Assembly (NCBI GenBank): GCA_038087875.1
Contig: CM075988.1
Coordinates: 19,718,001 to 19,782,000 of the forward strand
Origin: Malacoraja senta
Lineage: Eukaryota
Length of the DNA stretch: 64,000 nt
Direction: 5' to 3'
Numbering within the stretch: the first letter of the stretch is position 1; each line of letters starts with the position of its first letter. Both the position numbers and the translations under genes were made by a program. Shown here in pieces: positions 49,456 to 60,319 of the stretch. The notes under the pieces were generated by a model, which was given only the letters and a program-made list of their open reading frames with translations, did not search any database and was not told the DNA's origin.

Positions 49456-52188
49456 TTGATTATGACTCTATTCGCTCCCCTGAAGATCAATGGTGAACCA
49501 ACTGGGATTTGGACAATCTGGTGAACTCATCATCACTATTCCTGCCACAAATACTTGGAGCTTGTTTTCCACGGGAGGTCAAGTCGATATTGTCACTTCA
49601 CATGATCATCCAAGGTCAAATTTATCCCCGACCACTTTAAATATGTCAGAATCAGCCTGGTCTCAGAGTTACATGTTACCTGGGAGCAATTTACAAGCAA
49701 ATGTTCATTTGACTTGGAGAGAAAAACTACACAGGTAATTGAGTTTACCGACAAGTCCTTCACAAAATGAAATATGAATCAATAAACAAAATAAGATTGC
49801 TCTTTATCTCAGGCACATACAGTATTATGTATCTATTGATAATACAGATTACCAAGTAAAGTTTCATTATACACATTAATCATGCTTCATGATATAAATT
49901 ATATTGAACAACAGGCAGACCATATGGAGTCTGAGAACAGGCAGCACTACAGACCAAGCTGGGGAATACAAAGTATGGGGAAAAAGTGGCACATAGTGTG
50001 AACTTTAGTTTAGTTATTTTTTGTGATCCGGGCATCATTGGAAAGGTCAGCATTTATTAGGGATGTGGGGAGGATCTGAAGCACCTGGAGGAAATCCACA
50101 CGGTCACAAGGAGAACGTGCAAACTCCACACAGACAGTGTCCGAGGTCAGGATGAAACCCGGGTCTCTGGGTCGCTGTGAGGCAGCTGGTAGAGTTTCTG
50201 GTCAATGGCTATGTCAGGGTTTTAGTAATCCTATGAAATATCAAGGGTCGGTGGCCAAATTCCAGCTGGTCATTTCCTGGCGCTGCTGTGGCATGAATGT
50301 CCCTCATTTCGTATCAGCCCTGCCTGAACGTTGTCTTGGTCTTGCTACACGCAGCCAAGGGCAGCTTCAGTTGCTGAAGAGTCGAGAATGTAATTAAACA
50401 TTGCACAATCATCAGCTCATCTCACCATAGAACATAGAACAGTACATCACGGGAATAGGCCATTCGGCCCACAATGTCCATGCCAAACACGATGCCAAGT
50501 TAAAGTAATCTCCGCGCCACATCCTTCCACTCCCTCTGAGTCTTTTTTTGTAAACAGGCATCTGTAGTTCCTTGTTTCTCCAGACACGATTAGACATAAG
50601 ACGTACTATGACCGATGCGATTAAACAATTAAAGAGAAATTAGAAAAAATAATGATTGAATTTGTGTTTTGTTATTTTGTTGCCAATTAAATGTGTTTCT
50701 GATTTACAATATTTCAAAAAGAAAAGTCGTCGAGAAACCAGAGTACAATTCATTATAACTGTCCTAACACGGGAATTGCTAATACGATGCCTCAATAAAC
50801 ACTAACAGTGTTCCTGTAACTCTGTGCATGTGCGTGAGAGAGAGAGAGAGAGATATGTTTAAGATAACATCAATCAAGAACACCACCATAAGGCAATCTT
50901 GCTAAATGAAACAGTGCAGGACAGGAACAGGCCTTTCAGCCCACAATGTCTGTGCTGTACATGATGCTAATGTCATCTGCCTGCACATGATTCATATCCC
51001 TCCATTCCCTGTGTATCTGTGTGTAATATCCCTCATCATATTTGTTTTCCCTTTACATGAATGGTAGATATATTAGAACTAAGAAATATGTAAAAATAAT
51101 TGGTGCACAAAGGAAAAGCTCGAAAGCTCGGATGTTGAAGAGAAAATGCAACACAGAAGTACCCTGGATTCTGTTCCTTTGCCAGTTGTAGGCTGTTCCA
51201 CGGGATGTTCTACAGCAACATGAACAGCCCTGGCACCAAGTGCAGATGAGTGAACCGTCTTCAATGAGAGTCTCTCCTCAATATTTGTCACAACTAAAAT
51301 ATTTTAATATTTATTATAAACCTGCCATGCTGTGAATAATTTATCCTAAGATATGACAGAAATAGAAGAGAATAGCACTGATAATGTCAGATTGATTTCA
51401 AAGCTGACAAATCCATCTAACATGAAACACAATACACTTTTCATTTCATTTACTTGTCTGTGTACTGGGGCCCATTATCATTTCTTCATGGGGTGCTGTA
51501 ATGGAAATTCAGCCAGAAGCTCAGAATGTCATTACCATTATAAGTGAAGAAATACATTAGTTATTTAATCTTCTCGCCTGCACATTGCTTTTAATTTTTG
51601 CCTGTCAGCAAAGGATGAGCAGAAAGTGGGAATCAATGGGGACATGCCTTAACAACCACTGGTATAAAGCGAGCAAGCATTACTGAATTCAAACCCTTTA
51701 ACAACTTCTCAATTAATTTAGCAAAACACAAAGTGCTGGAGTGACTCAGTGGATCAGGCAGCATCTGTGGGAGGGACAGATGTAGTTTCAGGTCAAGAAC
51801 CTTAAGATCCACTGGTATAAAACAGGAATGCATAAATAAATGTTAACACTTCATGAACTGTGTAATGAATCATTAATTTTCTGCATGGATTAAAATTATC
51901 ATAAGCAATGTTAAATCTTTGAACACAATTGCAGCTGGTTAAAATTAAACTATGAACTTATTGAGTCAGAGTCATACAGCATGGAAACAGGTCCTACAGG
52001 CCAACTTGTCCTTACTGACCAACATGCCCCATCTACACTAGTCCCACCTGCCTGCGTTTAGCCCATCTCCCTCTAAACCTGTCCTATCCATGTACCTGTC
52101 CAAATGTTTTTTTAAACATTGTGATAGTACCTGCCCAACAACCTCCTCTGGCAGCTCGTTCCATACACTGTACCTACCACCCTTTGTG

Positions 52189-53230
52189 TAGGTATGTTAC
52201 AATACGTACCTTCAGCGGCGCTGCAATTCTGCCACTGGCCATGTGCGCGATTTTGGCGCCTTTAAGGGGGGGGCGGGTTAAAACGCAGGTTTCTCCTACC
52301 TTGTCCTGGTTAATATTTCGTTGGAGTACAAGCGTTTGCTGAAAAATCGTTCCTACGGGCGTTTTGTGTATTTTTTATTTTTATTGGATCGACAATGTCA
52401 GCGCTGGAGTCATTTTAAAATCAGCTTCTGAAGCCATCAACGCCGACAATGGGGACGGATTTCACACACGGGACAGGTAAACGAAAGTAGTTTATTTTAA
52501 TGTATAAAAGTGCTTCTTAAGAAGCCTTTAATTCACATTTTTTAATGCGAAACGGTCATTCTTTTCCCCGAACTAACGGCAGAATTTTTCATGCCGATAC
52601 GGGGTTAAATTCACCGCAAATCAACGTTCCAATTGATCGCGTTCCAGAAATCCCCATTCGCAAGATGATATAAATGCCCATTAATTTATAGGTATTAAAC
52701 ATTAAATTTCTTCCATTTGGCCTATAAATCCATGACAATGAGATAAAAAAATTATGTTATATTGTGAATTCTTGTGTGAATGTTATTTGGACACTTAGGC
52801 TATTAAAAAATGTTAATCTATTCTTAAGAAATTGATAGATGTTTAGATCTAGTAATTGAATTTTGTAATTAGCTACAATTAGGTAACTAACTAATTATAT
52901 GCTTTAATTTCATGTCATCTAAGTAAAATTGTTTCATATTTGTTTCAGAATGCTTCAATCTATAATAACTGAAAATTTCTTTCAGTGCTCTTAATTTTTA
53001 AGAAAGTTATGGGCTTTTGACTGTCCTCGATCACAGCTTTTGAGTTAAATCAATGGAAAAGCAATAGGGAACAATATGCTAATTTCCGAGTATGAAAATG
53101 GCCATAACTTTTTTAATACTGAAGATATGAAAGTGAATTAGGTGTCAAATTAAACTTCTTTTTATGCTTTATCTGATGGGATAAATTACAGACTTTATTT
53201 TTAAAATCTCAAAATTTTGTAACATTGCTA
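52189..53230. mobile_element. Non-autonomous hAT-like DNA transposon
   Basis: TAG...CTA termini; imperfect 14-bp TIRs taggtatgttacaa / ttgtaacattgcta; direct repeat ctttgtg (52182-88, 53231-37); removal restores host CR1 ccaccctttgtgtaaagttgcc. Confidence 0.8.
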
Positions 53231-53819
53231 CTTTGTGTAAAGTTGCCGCTCAGGTTCCTATTAAATCTTTGTTTGCTTTACAGTTTTTGGTTTATGCACT
53301 ATTATGGCTGATTAATATTACAGTTATTAGTTTATTGATGTTTTGGATTATTATATTTTATCTGTGTGCATTGTATTTACAGGCCAGTTAAGCTGCTGCA
53401 AGTAAGAACTTCATTGTTCTGTTGTCGGTGCGTATGACAATGAAATGCTCTCAACTCTCTTGTAGAACCTTGTACTGGCATTCAAGATTATGTGCGGCAT
53501 CATGTAAACAAGGAAAAGAATGGCAAAAGTAGGCCACATGGCACCACAAACCTGCTATCCTGTTCAGTAAGATAATGACTTGCTTTGCAAAACCTATCAT
53601 CTTCTCTCTTATAAATATATAAAGACTCTGATCACACTGCTCTCTGACGAAGAGAGTTCCAAATCATCATGACTCTCTGAAGAAAATAAGTGTGTCACCA
53701 GTTTTTGTTACCTTCCTCGTTCCTGGGTGTTCATTACTGGGTTCATGTTCATGGGTGAGCACTTCTTTTTAAACACTATCTCTAGTTCACTTTACAAATT
53801 ACCTTCTTACCTAATTTTG

Positions 53820-54945
53820 TTTTATCAGTTATACAACATGTTGATGAGGCTGCTCTTGAAATAGCATGTTCAGCTTTGGTCACCCTGCTGCAGGAAAGAT
53901 GCCATTAAGCTGGAAAGTGTGCAGAACAGATTTACGAGGATGTTACCACCTACCAGGATGAGGCCTGAGCTGGAGGGAGAGGTTTGGGCAGGCTAGGACT
54001 TTATGCCTTGGAGTGCAGAAAGATGAGGGGTTATCCTATAGAGATGTATAAAGTCATTAGGGGAATAGATAGAGTAATGTGTAAAGTCTTTCCCCCAGGG
54101 TAGGAGGATCAAGAACCAGAGGGCATATGTGTAAAGAATGAGGAGAAGGATTTACTAGGAACCTAAAGGGCCTGTCCCACTTAGGCGATTCTGTCGGCAA
54201 CAGTCTGAAAATAGGCTGTCGCCACGTGGTCGCGGGGTGACGCAGGTTGACGCCTGTACTGTCGGGAGTTGTCTCCTCAAGTGTCGTAACTGTCAAAATG
54301 TTCCAAATTTCAGCGACAGTGGGCTTGACGTTGCCTGTCTTCTCATGTCGTAGGTGCTTTCGTAGGTTGTCGTGGGTTGTCGGCAGGATGACACCAGGTG
54401 ACGTTGTGCCGGGTGATGACTCCGGTGATTTCCATTGGCGACAATCTACGCCATCCTACGTCAACCGGCGACAGTACCGGCGTCAAGAGAAGTCTTCATT
54501 TGTCGCCGCCAGGATCGCAGCTTGTCGTAGATTGTCGTGGCTGGAGGTAGGTTGACTTCGGTTGTCGTAGGTTGTCGCCTGTGTGGTCGAAGGTTGTTGT
54601 GGGTGTGGTGGTTGTCGTAGGTGTGGTCGTAGGTGGACGTCCCAAGTCCAAGGAATTGTGTCGCCGGTTGACGTAGCTTGTCGTAGCTTGACTTCAACTA
54701 GGTGGTAGCTTGTTGGAGACATTGTCGTAGGGTGGGTCCATTTTGGCGTCCCGCTACGACTGTGACTGTCGCCAGCAGTCGCCTAAAATATCGCCTACGT
54801 GGGACAGGCCCTTAAGAGGTAATATTCGCACACGGAAAGAGGAGGGTATTAGCTACAAGGAGAGGTTTGACAAACTTGGAGTGTTTTCACTGCAATCCCG
54901 GAGGCTCACGGGACACCTGAGAGCAGCATATAAAATGATGAGAGA
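53820..54945 (+). mobile_element. Decayed CR1 RT/3' fragments hosting the MITE at 54167-54812
   Basis: gtttcagctttggtcaccctgctgcaggaaagatgccattaagctggaaagtgtgcag-like text...ctaggactttatgccttggagtgcag. Confidence 0.75.
54167..54812. mobile_element. PIF/Harbinger-type MITE with internal (gtcgtaggtt)-like repeats
   Basis: agggcctgtcccacttaggcgat / atcgcctacgtgggacaggccct TIRs; TAA TSD (54164-66, 54813-15). Confidence 0.92.
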
Positions 54946-54978
54946 GAGTGTCCCATTCCCTCCACAGGTGCTGGCTGG

Positions 54979-55040
54979 CTGAAGAAGGGTCTCGACCCGA
55001 AACATCACCCATTCCTTCTCACTGCCTGTCCCGCTGAGTT
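54979..55040 (+). mobile_element. Penelope terminal-repeat fragment starting at the hammerhead-like core
   Basis: CTGAAGA-a-GGGTCTCGACCC-GAAAC-atc followed by tgcctgtcccgctgagttactccagc. Confidence 0.78.
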
Positions 55041-56725
55041 ACTCCAGCATTTCTGTCTAGCTTCGAAGAACATAATACGTTGGGAGATGGAAAAATCAAA
55101 GACCACTGAGCCACTTTACATCTATGCGAGATTCTATCGAGTAGCAAATGCCTCCCTAGTTGCTGTTACCTAAGTTGGAAGTGAATGTTCTCATTCACCC
55201 TTGGGTGGAGATTTCAGTAACGGTACACACCATCATTATGACAGTAAAGCAGGCAGTTTTACAGTTTAACTACCGCATAGCTCCATGAAATCGTAACGCG
55301 TCAGCTGCCTGGAAGATTTATTTTTGTTCTCCATCGCGGTTCTCAATTGCCTTCACTCGCACTTTGCTATCCCAACAGATCCATTGCAGCAAGCGACCGG
55401 CACAATTTATTCCATAACCACTGTTCACAACCCATTCACAGGCACTGAGATGGAACTTGATTGTGGTGATAAATTGTTGTCAGTCTCTCTCCTCTGCTGG
55501 TGTTGCTAGTAACTTGGTGTGTTGTAGCATTTAAGAAAGAATTTATCTTAATCTGAAGCAAAGGTCTCCATTCATCAGCAGCTCACTTTGGGAACTCCTT
55601 GGCTGGTGAGTTCATCTTTAGTAAGTAGACATTTCATGATTTGTGGCTGTCTATGCAGTAGACTGAAGTGGCAGTGTAGAATCTCCAATGCACTCGTGCC
55701 CTTGATGTTTTGGATTCAAGGCAAGTCCAGAGACTTGCTCTCAACAATCAAAAGTTGTCTCTAGCTTGTTGCCTGGGAAGTACTACACTGTTAGAGATCT
55801 TCTCTTCACCCGAGACATCAAATCAAGAGCGAGGTTCAATGGCAGACAAGATAGTAGCCTCAGTATGACACTGCTTCAAGAAGTTGACTTCTTCAAGATA
55901 CTTCGTCAGTCTAAGAAAGCATTCCGGCATAAAACATCACCAGTGTATTCCCTCCACAGATGCTGCCTGACCCGTTGAGTTCTTCCAGCAATTTGTGATT
56001 TGCTCAAGATTCCAATACCTGCAGTTCCTTGTGTCTCCAACATACTAGCCTTATGACTGCCCTTATTGACCAAGGTGTAGGCCACATGAATAGGGAGATC
56101 TTGCTAGGTTTGTAAAAAACACTAGTTAGCCACAGTTGAGCAATTTTGGTCAACAGGTTGAGGAAAGAGATGATCAGACTAGATAGTTCACAAGGGACAA
56201 TTACAAGGATACCACCAGGGCTGAAGAATTAGAGTTATGAGGAGAAGCTGGCAGAATGGAGTTATTTCTTCCTGCGGGATAATGGAAACTGTGGGGAGTT
56301 TAAGTTTAGATATGTAAATGAAAAGCGGGTGAGCTGAATGGTCATTGTCCATGAACAGAGATATCAATCATTGGAGAATATCGATATTAATTGAGAAAAG
56401 TATTAGAGGGGAGATAAGAAAATATTTTTTTCAGCCTGTAGGTGGTGGGAGGCCGGTACTTAAAGCTTAAAAGGGTGGTAGAGGTGGAGAGTCTGCCGAT
56501 AGGCCTTCACTTTATCCATGGTCCTCATCATGATCTTTTGTTGTTAAACAGTGTCTAATTCGCAAACACTGCCAGTATATTACCTCAAATCCCATCTATT
56601 GTCATTTTATTTAATGAATTTGAGTAAATTGATTGTCTCGGATGCATTCCCATAATTAAATAAGAAAGATGCTGTGGAATGTGCTCAATGTAGAAGGAAG
56701 GAGCTCGTAGCATGCACACCCTAAT

Positions 56726-57042
56726 GTTGGTAGAGCTGCTGCTTCACAGTGCCAGAGACCCAGGTTTGATCCTGACCTCAGGTGCTATCTGTGTGGAGTT
56801 TGCACATTCTCCCTCTGACCGCATGGGTTTCCTCCAGGTGCTCTGGTTTCTTCCAACATCCCAAAGATGTGCGGATTTGTAGGTTAATTGGCCACTGCAA
56901 ATTGCCCTGCGTGTGTAGGGAATGGTTGCAAAAATGGGATAAGATAAGAACTAGTATGAATGGGTGCTCGATTGTCAGCATGCAATCGGTGGGCCGAAGG
57001 GCTTGTTTTTCCATGCTGTATCTCAAAACTAAACTAAAAACT
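56726..57042 (+). mobile_element. V-SINE (HE1-like), near full length
   Basis: ggtagagctgctgcttcacagtgccagagacccaggtttgatcc, V-domain, CR1-derived end, aaactaaactaa tail. Confidence 0.88.
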
Positions 57043-57477
57043 AACAGGTCTCCATTCACTCCACATATGTTGCCTGAGTTACTCCAGTATTTTATGTATT
57101 TAGGTCAACTACCAACAAACTTCACGGAAGCTTTTAGGTAAGTGTTGGATATATCGTATATATTTTTGCAATTGCAGGGCCCTGGGTAAAGTGTTGAGGT
57201 GGGAAGAGTAATTGTAAACACCTTTGCAGACAGGGAGACATACAGTAATTGTTTTCAGATTGAAGAAACATATTACCAGAAATTCAATGAAGGAAATAAT
57301 GAGGAACAAAAGGAATAATTTGGGATTTTGTTCCCAATTAACTAAATCGCATAAATGAAATAAGCTGCTCCCAGTCACACACACATTCAGGTACATGCAC
57401 AAACTGTACATACACCATATAAAGGAAAGTCATCTGCTCACACCAGAATGACTACAATGGATTTATTCTGAAAAGAA

Positions 57478-57930
57478 CTGAGTGCTGGAGTGACTCAGCG
57501 GGTCAGGCAGCATCTCTGGAGAACAGATGGGTGATGTTTTGGGGTTTTACAATGGGACTGTTCTTCAGACTGATTGGGAAAGGGTGGGGGGAGTAAGAAA
57601 GAGAGAAGAGACAGGACAAAGTATGGCAGCTTCTTCTGCGTATGGCATGCACGGCCTAAAGTAGAGGGTCAACTTGTTCTATTTGATCTTGTTTGTGCAC
57701 GTTGGGTTGATTGCATTAATCGAAACAGGGTGGACCCACGTGATGGTTGCAATCTCCCATCCCAGTATGGCAGCTAATAGGTAGACACAGGCGAGGTAGA
57801 TTGTTGGAACAAAGGCCAGAGATAAAAGCAGAAGGTGTGAGACAGACTGATGGAAGAATTGCAAATTGTGAAGCCAGAGGAAGGAATGTCAGAGGAAGGG
57901 AAGGGGAGAAATAGGTGAGAATACCGTTGG
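57478..57930 (-). mobile_element. Penelope terminal repeat / 3' UTR with a nested unrelated insertion at ~57620-57775
   Basis: gtgctggagtgactcagcgggtcaggcagcatctctggag...aattgtgaagccagaggaaggaatg; agtatggcagct duplicated around the inner piece. Confidence 0.65.
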
Positions 57931-59652
57931 GGCGCAGGGAAGGGGAAGATTCCTTCTGTATGGGCTGATAGACACAAGTAATTGGAGTAGTTGTTGCATT
58001 GTAGTTAAGAGAGACTAAATATATTTTGAAAGCAAAGATCAAGTAAAAGATTTCAAAACCCTTAAAGAACATTTTTAATTCCACTGATCATTTCAATAAT
58101 CTAAATCTTATTGCTGTCAAGTCTGTGCTCTCATTACTGCAAAAACATAAAAACATTTCCTAACTGTGAAACTATTGGTGAGCATGGTTTCTTTTTTTTA
58201 ATTCATTGTCCGACAAGCACAGGACTCCATCCTTTATCGTTTGAGCTCCCTTCATTACACAATACAATTACTGGCACATTTTGATAAGCAATTCACTGCT
58301 TGTCCTGAGCATTGATTTAGTGGTGAAGCATTTATGTTCTTTGTAACAGAAATGGTCGGAGTTTCTTAATCACATTAATCATCAAACTAAAAAGGAAAGT
58401 AGCCTCAGTTTAAGCAAGTGGGGATGCAAAGAGTCTTTTACCTAGGGTAGGAGAATCAAAAACGGAGGACATGGGTGAGAAGATAAAGATTGAATAGGAA
58501 CCTGATATACAACTTTGAAATCAGAGGGTGATAGGTCGATGGAACGAGCTGCCTGAGGAGGTAGTTCAAGCAAGTACAATAACAATATTTAAAAGACATT
58601 TGGACAGGTAGAGTCTCCTTATCAATGAGTAGATGGATGTACAATTGAGGGACTGCAACAAAGACTGGATTGAAATAGACTTGAACTGTATTCTCTAGCA
58701 TTTCAAAGAATAGGAGGACATTCATCAGAATTTATGAAATCCTTGATGGGCTTGTACGGCTAGGTGGGAGGATGTCGTCCTTAACTGAGGCGTCATCGAC
58801 AGGGAGGACAGTTCAAGATTTAGGCATTTTAAGGACAGAGATGAGAAATTTCTTCACTCAAAGAGCAGTGAAACTTTGCAATTGTCTAGAGACAGAGTTG
58901 GCAGATGCTGGAATCTTGAGCAAGAAAATAAAGTGCTGGATGAACTCCCCTGTCAGGCAGCATCTGTGGAGGGAATAGACAGGTGCCATTTCAAGTCTGG
59001 ACCCTTCTTTCAGACTGATCTGAAATGTTGTCTGTTCATTCCCTCCACAGATGCTGCCTGACCCATTAAGCTTCTCCAGCACTATGTTTTTTTTGCTTTA
59101 TCTACTTCATTCTTTTATGTTCATCTAACATACAGTAGGAATTGATATATTTCTGAACATTAAAGTATCGAGAGATAAAAAAAAAGCTTCAAGGGGATAT
59201 TGACAGGCTGTATGTGAACAATCATGATTTTAATGACTGATCGAGCAGGGTTAGAGGGCCAAAGGCACCACCACTGCTGCTAATTCTTATGTTCTCAACA
59301 GGTTATTTTCCCAGTGAACCAGACTATCCATTCACCTGAAGCACTCAGCATGTCACGCAGCATCTGTGGGCCAAAATTGACGATACCTCATCAAAACTGT
59401 GATGAAAACAAAAGTGAGAAGGCAAGCATGTTTTGAAGAGTGGAGGAGATGGGGGGGAATAGTGGGAATGTCTGTGATAATATGCAGACCCAAGTTGTTT
59501 CAGGTTGTACTCAATTATTTTATTTTCCCCAACGTATATGATGAAGGAATGGGGGAAAAAAGCATTCTTTGGTTTTTCGTGCTGCATGTATATGTGCACT
59601 GACCTCCACACATTCATTCTTCCAATGTACTGGGATGGGCAGAGAGGAGTTT

Positions 59653-60319
59653 TAGAAACATAGAAACATAGAAAATAGGTGCAGGAGTAGGCCATTCGGC
59701 CTTTCGAGCCTGCACCGCCATTCAATATGATCATGGCTGATCATCCAACTCAGTATCCCGTACCTGCCTTCTCTCCATATCCCCTGATCCCCTTAGCCAC
59801 AAGGGCCACATCTAATTCCCTCTTAAATATAGCCAATGAACTGGCCTCAACTACCTTCTGTGGCAGAGAGTTCCAGAGATTCACCACTCTCTGTGTGAAA
59901 ACGTTTTTCCTCATCTCGGTCTTAAAGGATTTCCCCCTTATCCTTAAGCTGTGACCCCTTGTCCTGGACTTCCCCAACATCGGGAACAATCTTCCTGCAT
60001 CTAGCCTGTCCAACCCCATAAGAATTTTGTACGTTTCTATAAGATCCCCTCTCAATCTCCTAAATTCTAGCGAGTATAAGCCAAGTCTATCCAGTCTTTC
60101 TTCATATGAAAGTCCTGACATCCCAGGAATCAGTCTGGTGAACCTTCTCTGCACTCCCTCTATGGCTATAATGTCCTTCCTCAGATTTGGAGACCAAAAC
60201 TGTACGCAATACTCCAGGTGTGGTCTCACCAAGACCCTGTACAACTGCAGTAGAACCTCCCTGCTCTTATACTCAAATCCTCTTGCTATGAAGGCCAACA
60301 TACCATTCGCTTTCTTCAC
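59653..60319 (-). mobile_element. 5'-truncated CR1/HER1-type LINE, same young subfamily as 12586-15558
   Basis: Open ORF 59750..60343 through to the natural stop (GYGEKAGTGY); near-identical to 12586-13260; (tttctatg)n tail. Confidence 0.95.

Noticed and set aside
54480..54730. CRISPR-like or satellite array of gtcgtagg units
   Set aside because: Short degenerate repeats internal to a Harbinger-type MITE; no repeat-spacer periodicity, and the context is eukaryotic
57104..57137. Possible 34-nt exon with a strong GTAAGT donor
   Set aside because: Acceptor is weak and derives from a Penelope fragment; length is not a multiple of three
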